Positions 36,106 through 43,756 of a stretch of DNA of 43,756 nucleotides are shown piece by piece. Under the pieces are notes generated by a model, which saw nothing but the letters and a program-made list of their open reading frames with translations, did not search any database and had not been told where the DNA came from. Position numbers and translations under genes: made by a program. The DNA is from Bacteroidota bacterium (GTDB lineage Bacteria > Bacteroidota > Ignavibacteria > UBA10030 > UBA6906), in NCBI GenBank assembly GCA_038247945.1, contig JBBRUI010000003.1, positions 1 through 43,756 on the forward strand. Reading direction: 5' to 3'. Numbering within the stretch: position 1 is the stretch's first letter; the number at the start of each line of letters is the position of its first letter.

Positions 36106-37302
36106 ATGCGCTCCAAAACAATACCTGTCTTATTGCTGCTCACTTCTCTCTTTGGTTGTATGAACGAAAAGGAAAATCCTCGTGTAACGGAATTACTGTC
36201 CGAGGCGAAGAAGAAATTTGCTCCCGACAAACGCACGGTCGTGTTCGATGTTAAGGGCACGCTGAGCGGAAACCAGCTAACACTCCGCGGAGAAATTCAT
36301 AACGCAGATTTGAAGAGCCGTTTGCTGGATTTCATCAAAGAAAAAGAAAAATATTCCATTGTCGATAGTCTGAGTGTGTTGCCTCAGCCAGCATTGGGCG
36401 AAAAAAGATTTGGCGTCGTGTCAGTAAGCGTTGCAAACATCCGAACAAAACCCGGGCACGACAACGAGCTAGCCACACAAGCGCTGCTCGGCACTCCGCT
36501 GAAAATCCTGAAGCGAGAGCAAGGCTGGCTCTACGTCCAAACGCCGGATGAATATTTGGGCTGGACGGATGATAAGATTATACTCTTCAACCAATCCGAA
36601 TACGAAAATTGGTTGAATCAACCAAAGATTATTGTAACAACAACATACTCTCATTCATACGCTTCAACAGTCGACAAGAATGAAGTTGTTAGCGACATTG
36701 TTGCGGGGAATATTTTCAAGCTTGAAGGCGAGCAGGGAAAATATTATCACGTCGAATATCCCAATGGCAAGTCCGCATTTGTATTGAAGGACGATTCGCG
36801 TCCGCTGGAAGAATGGCTACGCAATGCAAAGGACACTCCCGAGACTATCATCGCTACGGCCAAACGCTTCATGGGTGTTCCGTATCTTTGGGGCGGGACC
36901 TCAACGAAGGCGATGGATTGTTCCGGCTTCACGAAGATTGTGTATTTCCTGAACGGCGTAATGCTTCCGCGGGATGCAAGTCAGCAGGCATTGGTCGGCG
37001 AACCGGTGAGTATTGCCGATAATTATCAGCATCTCAAAAAAGGCGATCTCGTTTTTTTCGGGAGGAAGGCAACTCCCGAGCGCAACGAGAAGGTTACGCA
37101 CGTCGGCATTTATCTGGACAACAAGAAGTTCATCCATGAAGGCGGCGATGTTCGCATCAACAGCTTCAATCCGGCTGACGAGAATTACAGTGAACATCGG
37201 ACGACGTCGTTACTCCGCGCTGCCCGCGTCATCGGCGTCGGCGAAGATCGGGGCATCAGAAGGCTTGCATCGATACCATATTATAAAAGCAATGAGCATT
37301 AA
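36106..37302 (+). CDS. NlpC/P60 (C40) peptidase lipoprotein with SH3-like domains, YkfC/dipeptidyl-peptidase-VI-like
   Basis: Lipobox LFGC; TQALLG; GVPYLWGG...DCSGF...LPRDASQQ...GDLVFF...HVGIY. Confidence 0.93.
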   Translation: MRSKTIPVLLLLTSLFGCMNEKENPRVTELLSEAKKKFAPDKRTVVFDVKGTLSGNQLTLRGEIHNADLKSRLLDFIKEKEKYSIVDSLSVLPQPALGEKRFGVVSVSVANIRTKPGHDNELATQALLGTPLKILKREQGWLYVQTPDEYLGWTDDKIILFNQSEYENWLNQPKIIVTTTYSHSYASTVDKNEVVSDIVAGNIFKLEGEQGKYYHVEYPNGKSAFVLKDDSRPLEEWLRNAKDTPETIIATAKRFMGVPYLWGGTSTKAMDCSGFTKIVYFLNGVMLPRDASQQALVGEPVSIADNYQHLKKGDLVFFGRKATPERNEKVTHVGIYLDNKKFIHEGGDVRINSFNPADENYSEHRTTSLLRAARVIGVGEDRGIRRLASIPYYKSNEH

Positions 37303-38425
37303 CCGCAGGGAATTTATCAAACACACGCTCGCGGTTGGCGCAACTGCCGCGCTTGTGCCCGGCATTTCTCTCAGATCTTTTGCACAGACAGGAATAATTA
37401 TGAACGATATGCAGTTCCGATTTTATCCCTACACACTTGAACTAAAACATGCGTTTACGGTGGCGGTCAATACCCGTACAACAACTCCGGTCATGATGGT
37501 TGAGGTTGAGAAGGATGGAGTGATTGGATACGGGGAAGCTTCCATGCCCCCGTATCTGGGCGAAAGCCATGAAACAGCGCATGCATTTCTTTCGAAAGTA
37601 GATCTGAAGAAGTACAGCGACCCGACATTGTTCGAAGAAGTTCTCAAGGACATTGATGCCATTGCACCGGGTAACCACGCGGCAAAGGCAGCCGTTGATA
37701 TTGCGTTGCACGATTGGCTCGGGAAAAAACTTGGATTTGCGTGGCATCAGGTGTGGGGATTGAACCCGGCTGACACGCCGGTCACGACATTCACCATCGG
37801 TATTGACAAGGACATGAATGTAATCCGGCAGAAGGTGAAGGAAGCAGACATCTACAAAGTGCTTAAAGTGAAGTTGGGAAAAGACAACGACAAGGAGATG
37901 ATCGAAACGATCCGGCAAGTCACAGACAAGCTCATCCGTGCCGACGTGAACCAGGGATGGAAGAACAAAGAAGAGTCTCTAAAGATGATCGAGTGGCTTG
38001 CGGCGAAGCGCGTAGACATGATCGAACAGCCGATGCCGAAAGACATGCGCGATGAACAAGCGTGGCTGAAAGAACGAAGTCCCATACCGATTATTGCAGA
38101 TGAAAGTGTCATACGTCTGACCGATGTAAAGAAGGCGTGGGGAGTGTATCATGGCATCAACATCAAACTCATGAAATGCACCGGCTTGCATGAAGCGTAC
38201 AAGATGATGCTGCTTGCCCGCGGACTTGATATGAAAGTGATGCTTGGCTGCATGACTGAGACCTCGTGCGCCATTTCTGCTGCTGCACAGCTTTCGCCGC
38301 TAGTCGATTATGCCGATCTCGACGGCGCTGTGCTGATTAAGAACGATACGTTTGACGGCGCAAAGATTGTCGATGGAAAAATAACAATGCCGGCCGGAAA
38401 TGGTATTGGGATAAAAAAGCTGTGA
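37292..38425 (+). CDS. L-Ala-D/L-Glu dipeptide epimerase (enolase superfamily) with Tat-like signal
   Basis: MSINRREFIK; GYGEA; KVK; DVNQGW, EQP, ADES, NIKLMK, GCM.E, DLDG. True start is 37292, not 37013. Confidence 0.93.
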   Translation: MSINRREFIKHTLAVGATAALVPGISLRSFAQTGIIMNDMQFRFYPYTLELKHAFTVAVNTRTTTPVMMVEVEKDGVIGYGEASMPPYLGESHETAHAFLSKVDLKKYSDPTLFEEVLKDIDAIAPGNHAAKAAVDIALHDWLGKKLGFAWHQVWGLNPADTPVTTFTIGIDKDMNVIRQKVKEADIYKVLKVKLGKDNDKEMIETIRQVTDKLIRADVNQGWKNKEESLKMIEWLAAKRVDMIEQPMPKDMRDEQAWLKERSPIPIIADESVIRLTDVKKAWGVYHGINIKLMKCTGLHEAYKMMLLARGLDMKVMLGCMTETSCAISAAAQLSPLVDYADLDGAVLIKNDTFDGAKIVDGKITMPAGNGIGIKKL

Positions 38426-38459
38426 GGTTTTGCGGCTGAAATGTTTCTGCGTCGGAAAC

Positions 38460-38488
38460 TTGACAGTTGTACAGACATTAGGTAAAAT
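38460..38488 (+). promoter_or_regulatory. Near-consensus sigma70 promoter of the TonB-dependent receptor operon
   Basis: TTGACA (38460-38465), 17-nt spacer, TAAAAT (38483-38488). Confidence 0.8.
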
Positions 38489-38595
38489 AGAGCAGTCAGT
38501 TTAAGGATATTCCTTTTTTTCTCGCTTCCGTCCATTCCTAATTTCTTACCCGACTTTATGGCTCGCAGAGCTTACTTTCAAATAGGAGAATGCAT

Positions 38596-41500
38596 ATGAG
38601 GTATTTGGTTACTCTCTCCGTTGTCCTTTCCATATTGCTCATCAACATAACATTCAGCGGAACAACAGGAAAAATTGCAGGTACTGTTGTGGACGCAAAG
38701 ACAGGCGAAAAGCTTATCTCTGCAAACGTGCAAGTTGTCGGGCAGACTATAGGTGCGGCGACAAACATTGACGGCTATTTTGCGATTCTCAATGTTCCGC
38801 CCGGCCTTTACACCGTTCAGGCGACGTTGCTTGGCTACACGGCGAATAAATTCGTCAGCGTAAGCGTCGCCATCGACCAGACAACAACATTGAACTTCCG
38901 GCTGAGTGACGCCGCCGTCGAGCAGGAAGAAGTAACGGTGGTTGCTCAACGCCCTGTTGTGCAACGCGACGTTGCCCAGAGTGTTGCCAATATTACCGAA
39001 GCAGAAATAAAATCGCTCCCTATCGCATCGGTTACGGGTGTTGTAACATTACAGGCGGGGGTGCAAACGAATGCCGCAGGCGATCTGGTTGTTCGCGGCA
39101 GCGGTGGTACATCCGCTTTTGGTGGAGGAGGCTCGGACCAGGTACTTTTTGTGTTGGATGGGCAAACATTGCGCGACGGTCGCGACAATTCTCCCTACAC
39201 CGCTATCAGTCTCAGCTCTCTTGAGAATATTCAGGTGGTAACCGGCGGGTTCAGCGCAGAATATAGCAACGTCCGCTCTGGTCTCGTCAACGTTGTGACG
39301 AAAGAAGGGAACCCGAGCAAATACAACGTAAGCATGAGCGGACGATACAGTCCCGCCGACCCAAAACACTTTGGCCCTTCTGCGTACGATCCAAATTCCT
39401 ACTTCATCCGCCCTTACGTTGATCCTGATGTGGCCTGGACAGGTACGGGGTCGGGCTATCAGGCCGGGGCTTGGGACAAGTGGACACGTGATCAATACTC
39501 GCAGTTTGAAGGATGGAACTCCATCTCGCAGAAAACTCTTCAGGACAACGATCCGACAAACGACCTTACACCTGAAGCTGCACAACGTCTCTTCCTCTGG
39601 CAGCACCGGCGGCAAGCGGAAATATCCCAGCCCGATTATGATATTGATGCCGGATTTGGCGGACCGTTGATTCCCGGGTTGAGCGAAGATCTGGGTAACC
39701 TCAGATTTTTTGGTGCCTACCGCCGAAGCAAGAGCGCCTATTTGATTCCACTTTCCCGTGATGCATTTGAAGATGAGATATTTCAATTGAAGATCACGTC
39801 CGATATCGCGGAGGGGATGAAGTTATCCATTGAGGGCCTTTCCTCGGTCGCATCCGGTACAAATAACAACAACGCCGGTCTCCAGGGCATTTACCGCGGC
39901 GCTTCGAGCATAGCGACTAATCTTAACCGCGTAAGTTTTATCGATACACGAATCTTTGCCCCCGATTACTGGGCGCCGGCAACGGAACGCCGCAGGATGG
40001 CCGGTTTACGATTCACGCACATGTTAAGTCCCAGCACGTTTTATAATTTTGTTTTCACCGGATTCCAGACGCGATACAACACGGCTCCGGGCACGCTGCG
40101 AAATAACGCGAGGGTGTATAAATTCGGGAATAGCTATTACGTAGACGAAGCGCCGTTTGGTTTCCAACCGGTTCCTCTAACCGGGAATTACACCAGCATC
40201 GAAGGCATCGGCCCGACTCCGGCATTCCGCATGGGCGTGGGTATGAGTAACTCACGCGACCAGAGCATCACCTCCACTCTTTCCGGGAAGATTGATTTCA
40301 CGAGCCAGCTCGATCAATACAATAATCTTCAAGCCGGCGGTGAATTCACTTACATCGAATCGAAGTTGGACTATGGGAACGTGGATATTTATTTGCCGAG
40401 CGGCCGGACGTTTTCGCAGTATCGAAAATTCCCGCAATCGGGAGGAGCCTACGTTCAGGACAAGCTTGAGTTCGAAGGCATGGTCGCAAATCTCGGCCTG
40501 CGCATGGATTATTCGTACGGAGGCGGGGAGTGGTATCAATACGATGTCTACTCAAAAATTCTAAACGACGCACGCTCTTATGGTATCGACACCCTTTTAT
40601 CGCGCATTCCTGTAGAAAGAAAATTCAATTTCAGTCCCCGGTTGGGAATTGCTTTTCCTATTTCCGAAGACTCAAAAGTATTTTTCAACTATGGGCATTA
40701 CCGGGCACTGCCGACGTTGGATGATCTGTATTTAATCCGGCGTGATAGAAATACCGGAGCCATAACCTTTTTTGCAGATCCGAATGTGCCTTTGGCACGA
40801 ACGATTCAGTATGAATTAGGGTATGAGCATAACTTGTTTGATCAGCTGTTACTGCGCGTTGCGGGCTACTACAAAGATATTACCAATGAGAGCAAGACCG
40901 TGGAATATTTCAACGGCACCGGCGGCGATCTTACCCTGTCCCGCCCGAATCGTTATCGCGATATTCGCGGAGCGGAGCTCACGGTTTCAAAGAACAGAGG
41001 AAATTGGATTCAGGGGTTCATCAACTATACATACGACGTTCGTTCGACAGGATTCTTCGGGTATGAACAAAACTACAAGAACCCCGGTGAGCAACGCAAC
41101 TATGAACAGATTGCTGATGATTTCCTGCAGAGCAAGCCCAAGCCGCAGCCGTTTGCCCGCGCAAATATAACCTTGTTCACGCCGTCGGACATTGGCCCGG
41201 GATCTGACGGTTTGAGTCTTTTGGGAGATTGGCGGTTGAATCTTCTGGGGTCGTGGAGTACGGGTAGATACTTTACCTGGGCGGGTGGAGGATCGGTGCG
41301 CGGCGTAATTGATAATGTTCAGTGGAAGGACGCTTTCAATATTGATTTAAGAATCAGTAAGACACTCAAAGTCGGCGGCGTAAGCCTTGAAATGTTTGCC
41401 GACATGACGAACCTCTTCAACATTCGCCGTCTCTCGGAATTCGGTTTCTTCAGTACTTCAGATTATAATTCTTATATGCTCTCCTTGCACCTGCCGGGCG

Positions 41501-41853
41501 ATATCGCCGGCGATCCCTCGAACCCGAAACTTGCATATCCAAATATTCCAGGCGAAGATAAACCGGGTGATTACAGAAAGGAGGGCGTTACGTATCAACC
41601 TATCGTGGTCGTTAGCAAGTTCACAGACCTTGGTTCGGGTATTCAGAACCAACAGGCGCGACCATATTATTATGTTACGGAGCGGGGAAAATATTTCCAG
41701 ATGGTGAACGGAGTGTTCCAGGAAGTAGACGGAGGTAAAGTGCAGCAGGTACTGGATGACAAAGCATATATCGACATGCCGAATATGGATACGTTCAACT
41801 TCCTGAATCCAAGGAATATTTTTTACGGTCTCCGTTTAAGTTTCGATCTTTGA
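38596..41853 (+). CDS. TonB-dependent receptor with N-terminal carboxypeptidase-regulatory-like domain
   Basis: GTTGKIAGTVVD..TGE.L; plug IQVVTGGFSAEY...SGLVNVVTK; SPRLG, YELG barrel motifs; C-terminus RNIFYGLRLSFDL. ATG at 38596 is better spaced from AGGAG than 38590. Confidence 0.93.
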   Translation: MRYLVTLSVVLSILLINITFSGTTGKIAGTVVDAKTGEKLISANVQVVGQTIGAATNIDGYFAILNVPPGLYTVQATLLGYTANKFVSVSVAIDQTTTLNFRLSDAAVEQEEVTVVAQRPVVQRDVAQSVANITEAEIKSLPIASVTGVVTLQAGVQTNAAGDLVVRGSGGTSAFGGGGSDQVLFVLDGQTLRDGRDNSPYTAISLSSLENIQVVTGGFSAEYSNVRSGLVNVVTKEGNPSKYNVSMSGRYSPADPKHFGPSAYDPNSYFIRPYVDPDVAWTGTGSGYQAGAWDKWTRDQYSQFEGWNSISQKTLQDNDPTNDLTPEAAQRLFLWQHRRQAEISQPDYDIDAGFGGPLIPGLSEDLGNLRFFGAYRRSKSAYLIPLSRDAFEDEIFQLKITSDIAEGMKLSIEGLSSVASGTNNNNAGLQGIYRGASSIATNLNRVSFIDTRIFAPDYWAPATERRRMAGLRFTHMLSPSTFYNFVFTGFQTRYNTAPGTLRNNARVYKFGNSYYVDEAPFGFQPVPLTGNYTSIEGIGPTPAFRMGVGMSNSRDQSITSTLSGKIDFTSQLDQYNNLQAGGEFTYIESKLDYGNVDIYLPSGRTFSQYRKFPQSGGAYVQDKLEFEGMVANLGLRMDYSYGGGEWYQYDVYSKILNDARSYGIDTLLSRIPVERKFNFSPRLGIAFPISEDSKVFFNYGHYRALPTLDDLYLIRRDRNTGAITFFADPNVPLARTIQYELGYEHNLFDQLLLRVAGYYKDITNESKTVEYFNGTGGDLTLSRPNRYRDIRGAELTVSKNRGNWIQGFINYTYDVRSTGFFGYEQNYKNPGEQRNYEQIADDFLQSKPKPQPFARANITLFTPSDIGPGSDGLSLLGDWRLNLLGSWSTGRYFTWAGGGSVRGVIDNVQWKDAFNIDLRISKTLKVGGVSLEMFADMTNLFNIRRLSEFGFFSTSDYNSYMLSLHLPGDIAGDPSNPKLAYPNIPGEDKPGDYRKEGVTYQPIVVVSKFTDLGSGIQNQQARPYYYVTERGKYFQMVNGVFQEVDGGKVQQVLDDKAYIDMPNMDTFNFLNPRNIFYGLRLSFDL

Positions 41854-41883
41854 TTTGGTCCACTATTGAACAGTGAGGAGTTC

Positions 41884-43756
41884 ATGTCGATGTATCGCAA
41901 AATAAAATCGTTGAGAGTTCTCTGCTTGTTGCTCGCATCAGCTGCTTTTTTTTCGCACCAATCGTCTTCGCAGACTGTCATTAACAAATGGATGTCTGTC
42001 GGGTCGTTGCACAGCTGGTATTCGAGTGTCGGGTGTGAAATTGAAGAGGGACGTATTCTGCAGCAGCAGGATGGTTTGCAATGGCCCGCCCTCTATCGTA
42101 ATCAGGATATGGAGGCTGCAAAGGGACTCTGGCTTGGTGCCGCGAACTTTACGGATGCTGGCGGAACGGTCTATCCCTACAAGGTTGTGCATTGTGGCCC
42201 CCGTGTGAAAGGTCTGGGCGCGGGACCGGATGGCGGGTTCTTCCCGATAAAATATGAACTGGTTGGAAAGTATGAAGCTCCTTCCGTAAGTGTCGATGGT
42301 GCACAATCCGTCAACCGTGTCGATGAAATAGACCGCGTCGATCCTACCATCAAATCCGACAGGATGATTATCAATGAGGTCAATACCTCCCTTGGTGTGA
42401 CGATGACCCGCAAGATTCTCGGGTTCAGTCAGGAATTCCATGACGACTACATTGTGTATGAGTACGAATTCAAGAATACCGGCAATGTGGACGATGATGC
42501 CGAGATTGAGCTTCCAAGTCAGACCATCAACGGTTTCTACGCCTTCTATCAATACCGTAATGCCATATCAAAAGATGGTAACAATGTAATGGGAAACTCA
42601 TCACGTTGGGGTATCAACACAATGAACGATACGCGTGGCGATGGCGTGAAGGTTGACCCGCCGGGAGAAAATGTGCGGGCTCAATTCTCATGGCATGGAA
42701 AGTACGCTTCGTTTACCCGTTACGATAATCTCGGTGCTCCGATTTGGGACAATCCTTTTTTTGATAAGGCGGATACGGTCGGGCGCCTTGCCTCTGCACA
42801 ATTCCTTGGTGTCGTAACAATTCATGCGGATAAGTCTGCAGCCGACCACACGGACGATCCCCTCCAACCGAAGACAACCACGTTCAAGGGTTCAGACGAT
42901 CCCGGAAATTCCCGCAACGATCAGTTTAGTGTAGCGGGGATGACGAACGAATATAACTGGATGCGCGAAGGCCATGCCAATCCGCGTCACGCTGATCTTG
43001 TCCAGCCTGATGGAAAATTCACTGAACCCACCGGCGATCCTGCGCTGGGCACGTCGGGCGGAATGTCATCGGCGAACGGTTACGGCCCGTACACTCTTGC
43101 CCCCGGGCAATCGGTTAAAATCGTCATGGCAGAAGCTGCCGGTGGCTTAAGTCGCGAAAAACAGGTATCCGTAGGCCGGCGGTTCAAGGCCGCACAGATC
43201 AATGCGAAGGCGAAGAACGATTCAGTCTTTACAGGCAAGGATTCATTGTTCCAGGCATTTCGCCGCTCAATTGCAAACTATCAGATCAACTACAACATCC
43301 CGCAAGCGCCCAAACCTCTGAAAACTTTTACCGTCACCTCAGGCGGCGACAAGATTTCGCTCTCCTGGGAGTTGTATGATGGCGAAGCTGCGAATGTACG
43401 AAGCTTCGAGATTTACAGAACTTCAAAACGCTTTGACGCGGATACGGTGAAGCTCCTTTTTACAGCCGGAGGCGGAGTCAGAAGCTACAATGATACAAGT
43501 GCAATTCGCGGAGTTGCATACTATTATCATATATTCGCAGTCGGCGATCCGGCGGCAAACACCGGCACAGGCGGAACTCCTGCGGGCGTGGCGCTGAAGA
43601 GCAATCGCATTTTGGGGCAAACATATGACCCTGCGTTCTTGAAGCGCCAGGCGGGTCCCTCTTTGAATGGAAATGTTCCGCTGAGCCTCTCAGCGGTGCG
43701 TATAGTACCAAACCCGTTTGTCAACGAAACAGGCGTCAAGTACAGCGGGGCAGGCC
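41884..43756 (+). CDS. Exported TBDR-associated protein, 3'-truncated by window edge (absent from the ORF track)
   Basis: GAGGAG then ATG at 41884 (MSMYRKIKSLRVLCLLLASAAFFSHQSSS-QTVINKW...). The same frame reads VRIVPNPF near the end; FN3-like ISLSW/FEIYR segment. Confidence 0.85.
   Translation, partial: MSMYRKIKSLRVLCLLLASAAFFSHQSSSQTVINKWMSVGSLHSWYSSVGCEIEEGRILQQQDGLQWPALYRNQDMEAAKGLWLGAANFTDAGGTVYPYKVVHCGPRVKGLGAGPDGGFFPIKYELVGKYEAPSVSVDGAQSVNRVDEIDRVDPTIKSDRMIINEVNTSLGVTMTRKILGFSQEFHDDYIVYEYEFKNTGNVDDDAEIELPSQTINGFYAFYQYRNAISKDGNNVMGNSSRWGINTMNDTRGDGVKVDPPGENVRAQFSWHGKYASFTRYDNLGAPIWDNPFFDKADTVGRLASAQFLGVVTIHADKSAADHTDDPLQPKTTTFKGSDDPGNSRNDQFSVAGMTNEYNWMREGHANPRHADLVQPDGKFTEPTGDPALGTSGGMSSANGYGPYTLAPGQSVKIVMAEAAGGLSREKQVSVGRRFKAAQINAKAKNDSVFTGKDSLFQAFRRSIANYQINYNIPQAPKPLKTFTVTSGGDKISLSWELYDGEAANVRSFEIYRTSKRFDADTVKLLFTAGGGVRSYNDTSAIRGVAYYYHIFAVGDPAANTGTGGTPAGVALKSNRILGQTYDPAFLKRQAGPSLNGNVPLSLSAVRIVPNPFVNETGVKYSGAG

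Noticed and set aside
37013-37291. 93-aa N-terminal extension of the epimerase ORF in the track
   Set aside because: Lies inside the C40 peptidase gene; the ATG at 37292 gives a proper Tat-like leader.

Overview
Bacterial chromosomal window in which every credible gene lies on the + strand. The T9SS-type 'QNYPNPFNP' C-terminal domains, sigma70-type promoters and SD sites suggest an FCB-group organism, plausibly Ignavibacteria-like (inference). After the 3' end of glmS, an enoyl-ACP-reductase-like SDR and tRNA-Phe comes a tightly packed ~25.6 kb cluster (1601-27256). Its first part looks like an envelope-spanning redox chain: a tandem GlcG/HbpS lipoprotein, an outer-membrane beta-barrel, a 10-CxxCH cytochrome with LVIVD repeats, a c554-like cytochrome with one CX6CH site, a 2x cNMP-domain/4x[4Fe-4S] fusion, a 4-His cytochrome-b-like membrane protein, a membrane-anchored 10-CxxCH cytochrome, and a TrxB-like flavoprotein-FHA-FHA-[2Fe-2S] fusion. 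This is joined to a double-FHA protein, a PP2C phosphatase, a Hanks kinase with PEGA domains, two TPR-CsgG-like proteins, a second barrel, an S74-chaperone fibre and a T9SS cargo protein. I know of no characterised system with this composition, so it is the main candidate for a phosphothreonine-controlled electron-transfer or redox-sensing system. The rest of the window holds a mosaic 1716-aa surface protein, two more T9SS cargo genes, a stand-alone receiver, an NlpC/P60 peptidase plus dipeptide epimerase, a TonB-dependent receptor and a truncated gene. Several intergenic regions carry nested REP-like palindromes. All calls come from reading motifs by eye; no database searches were run.
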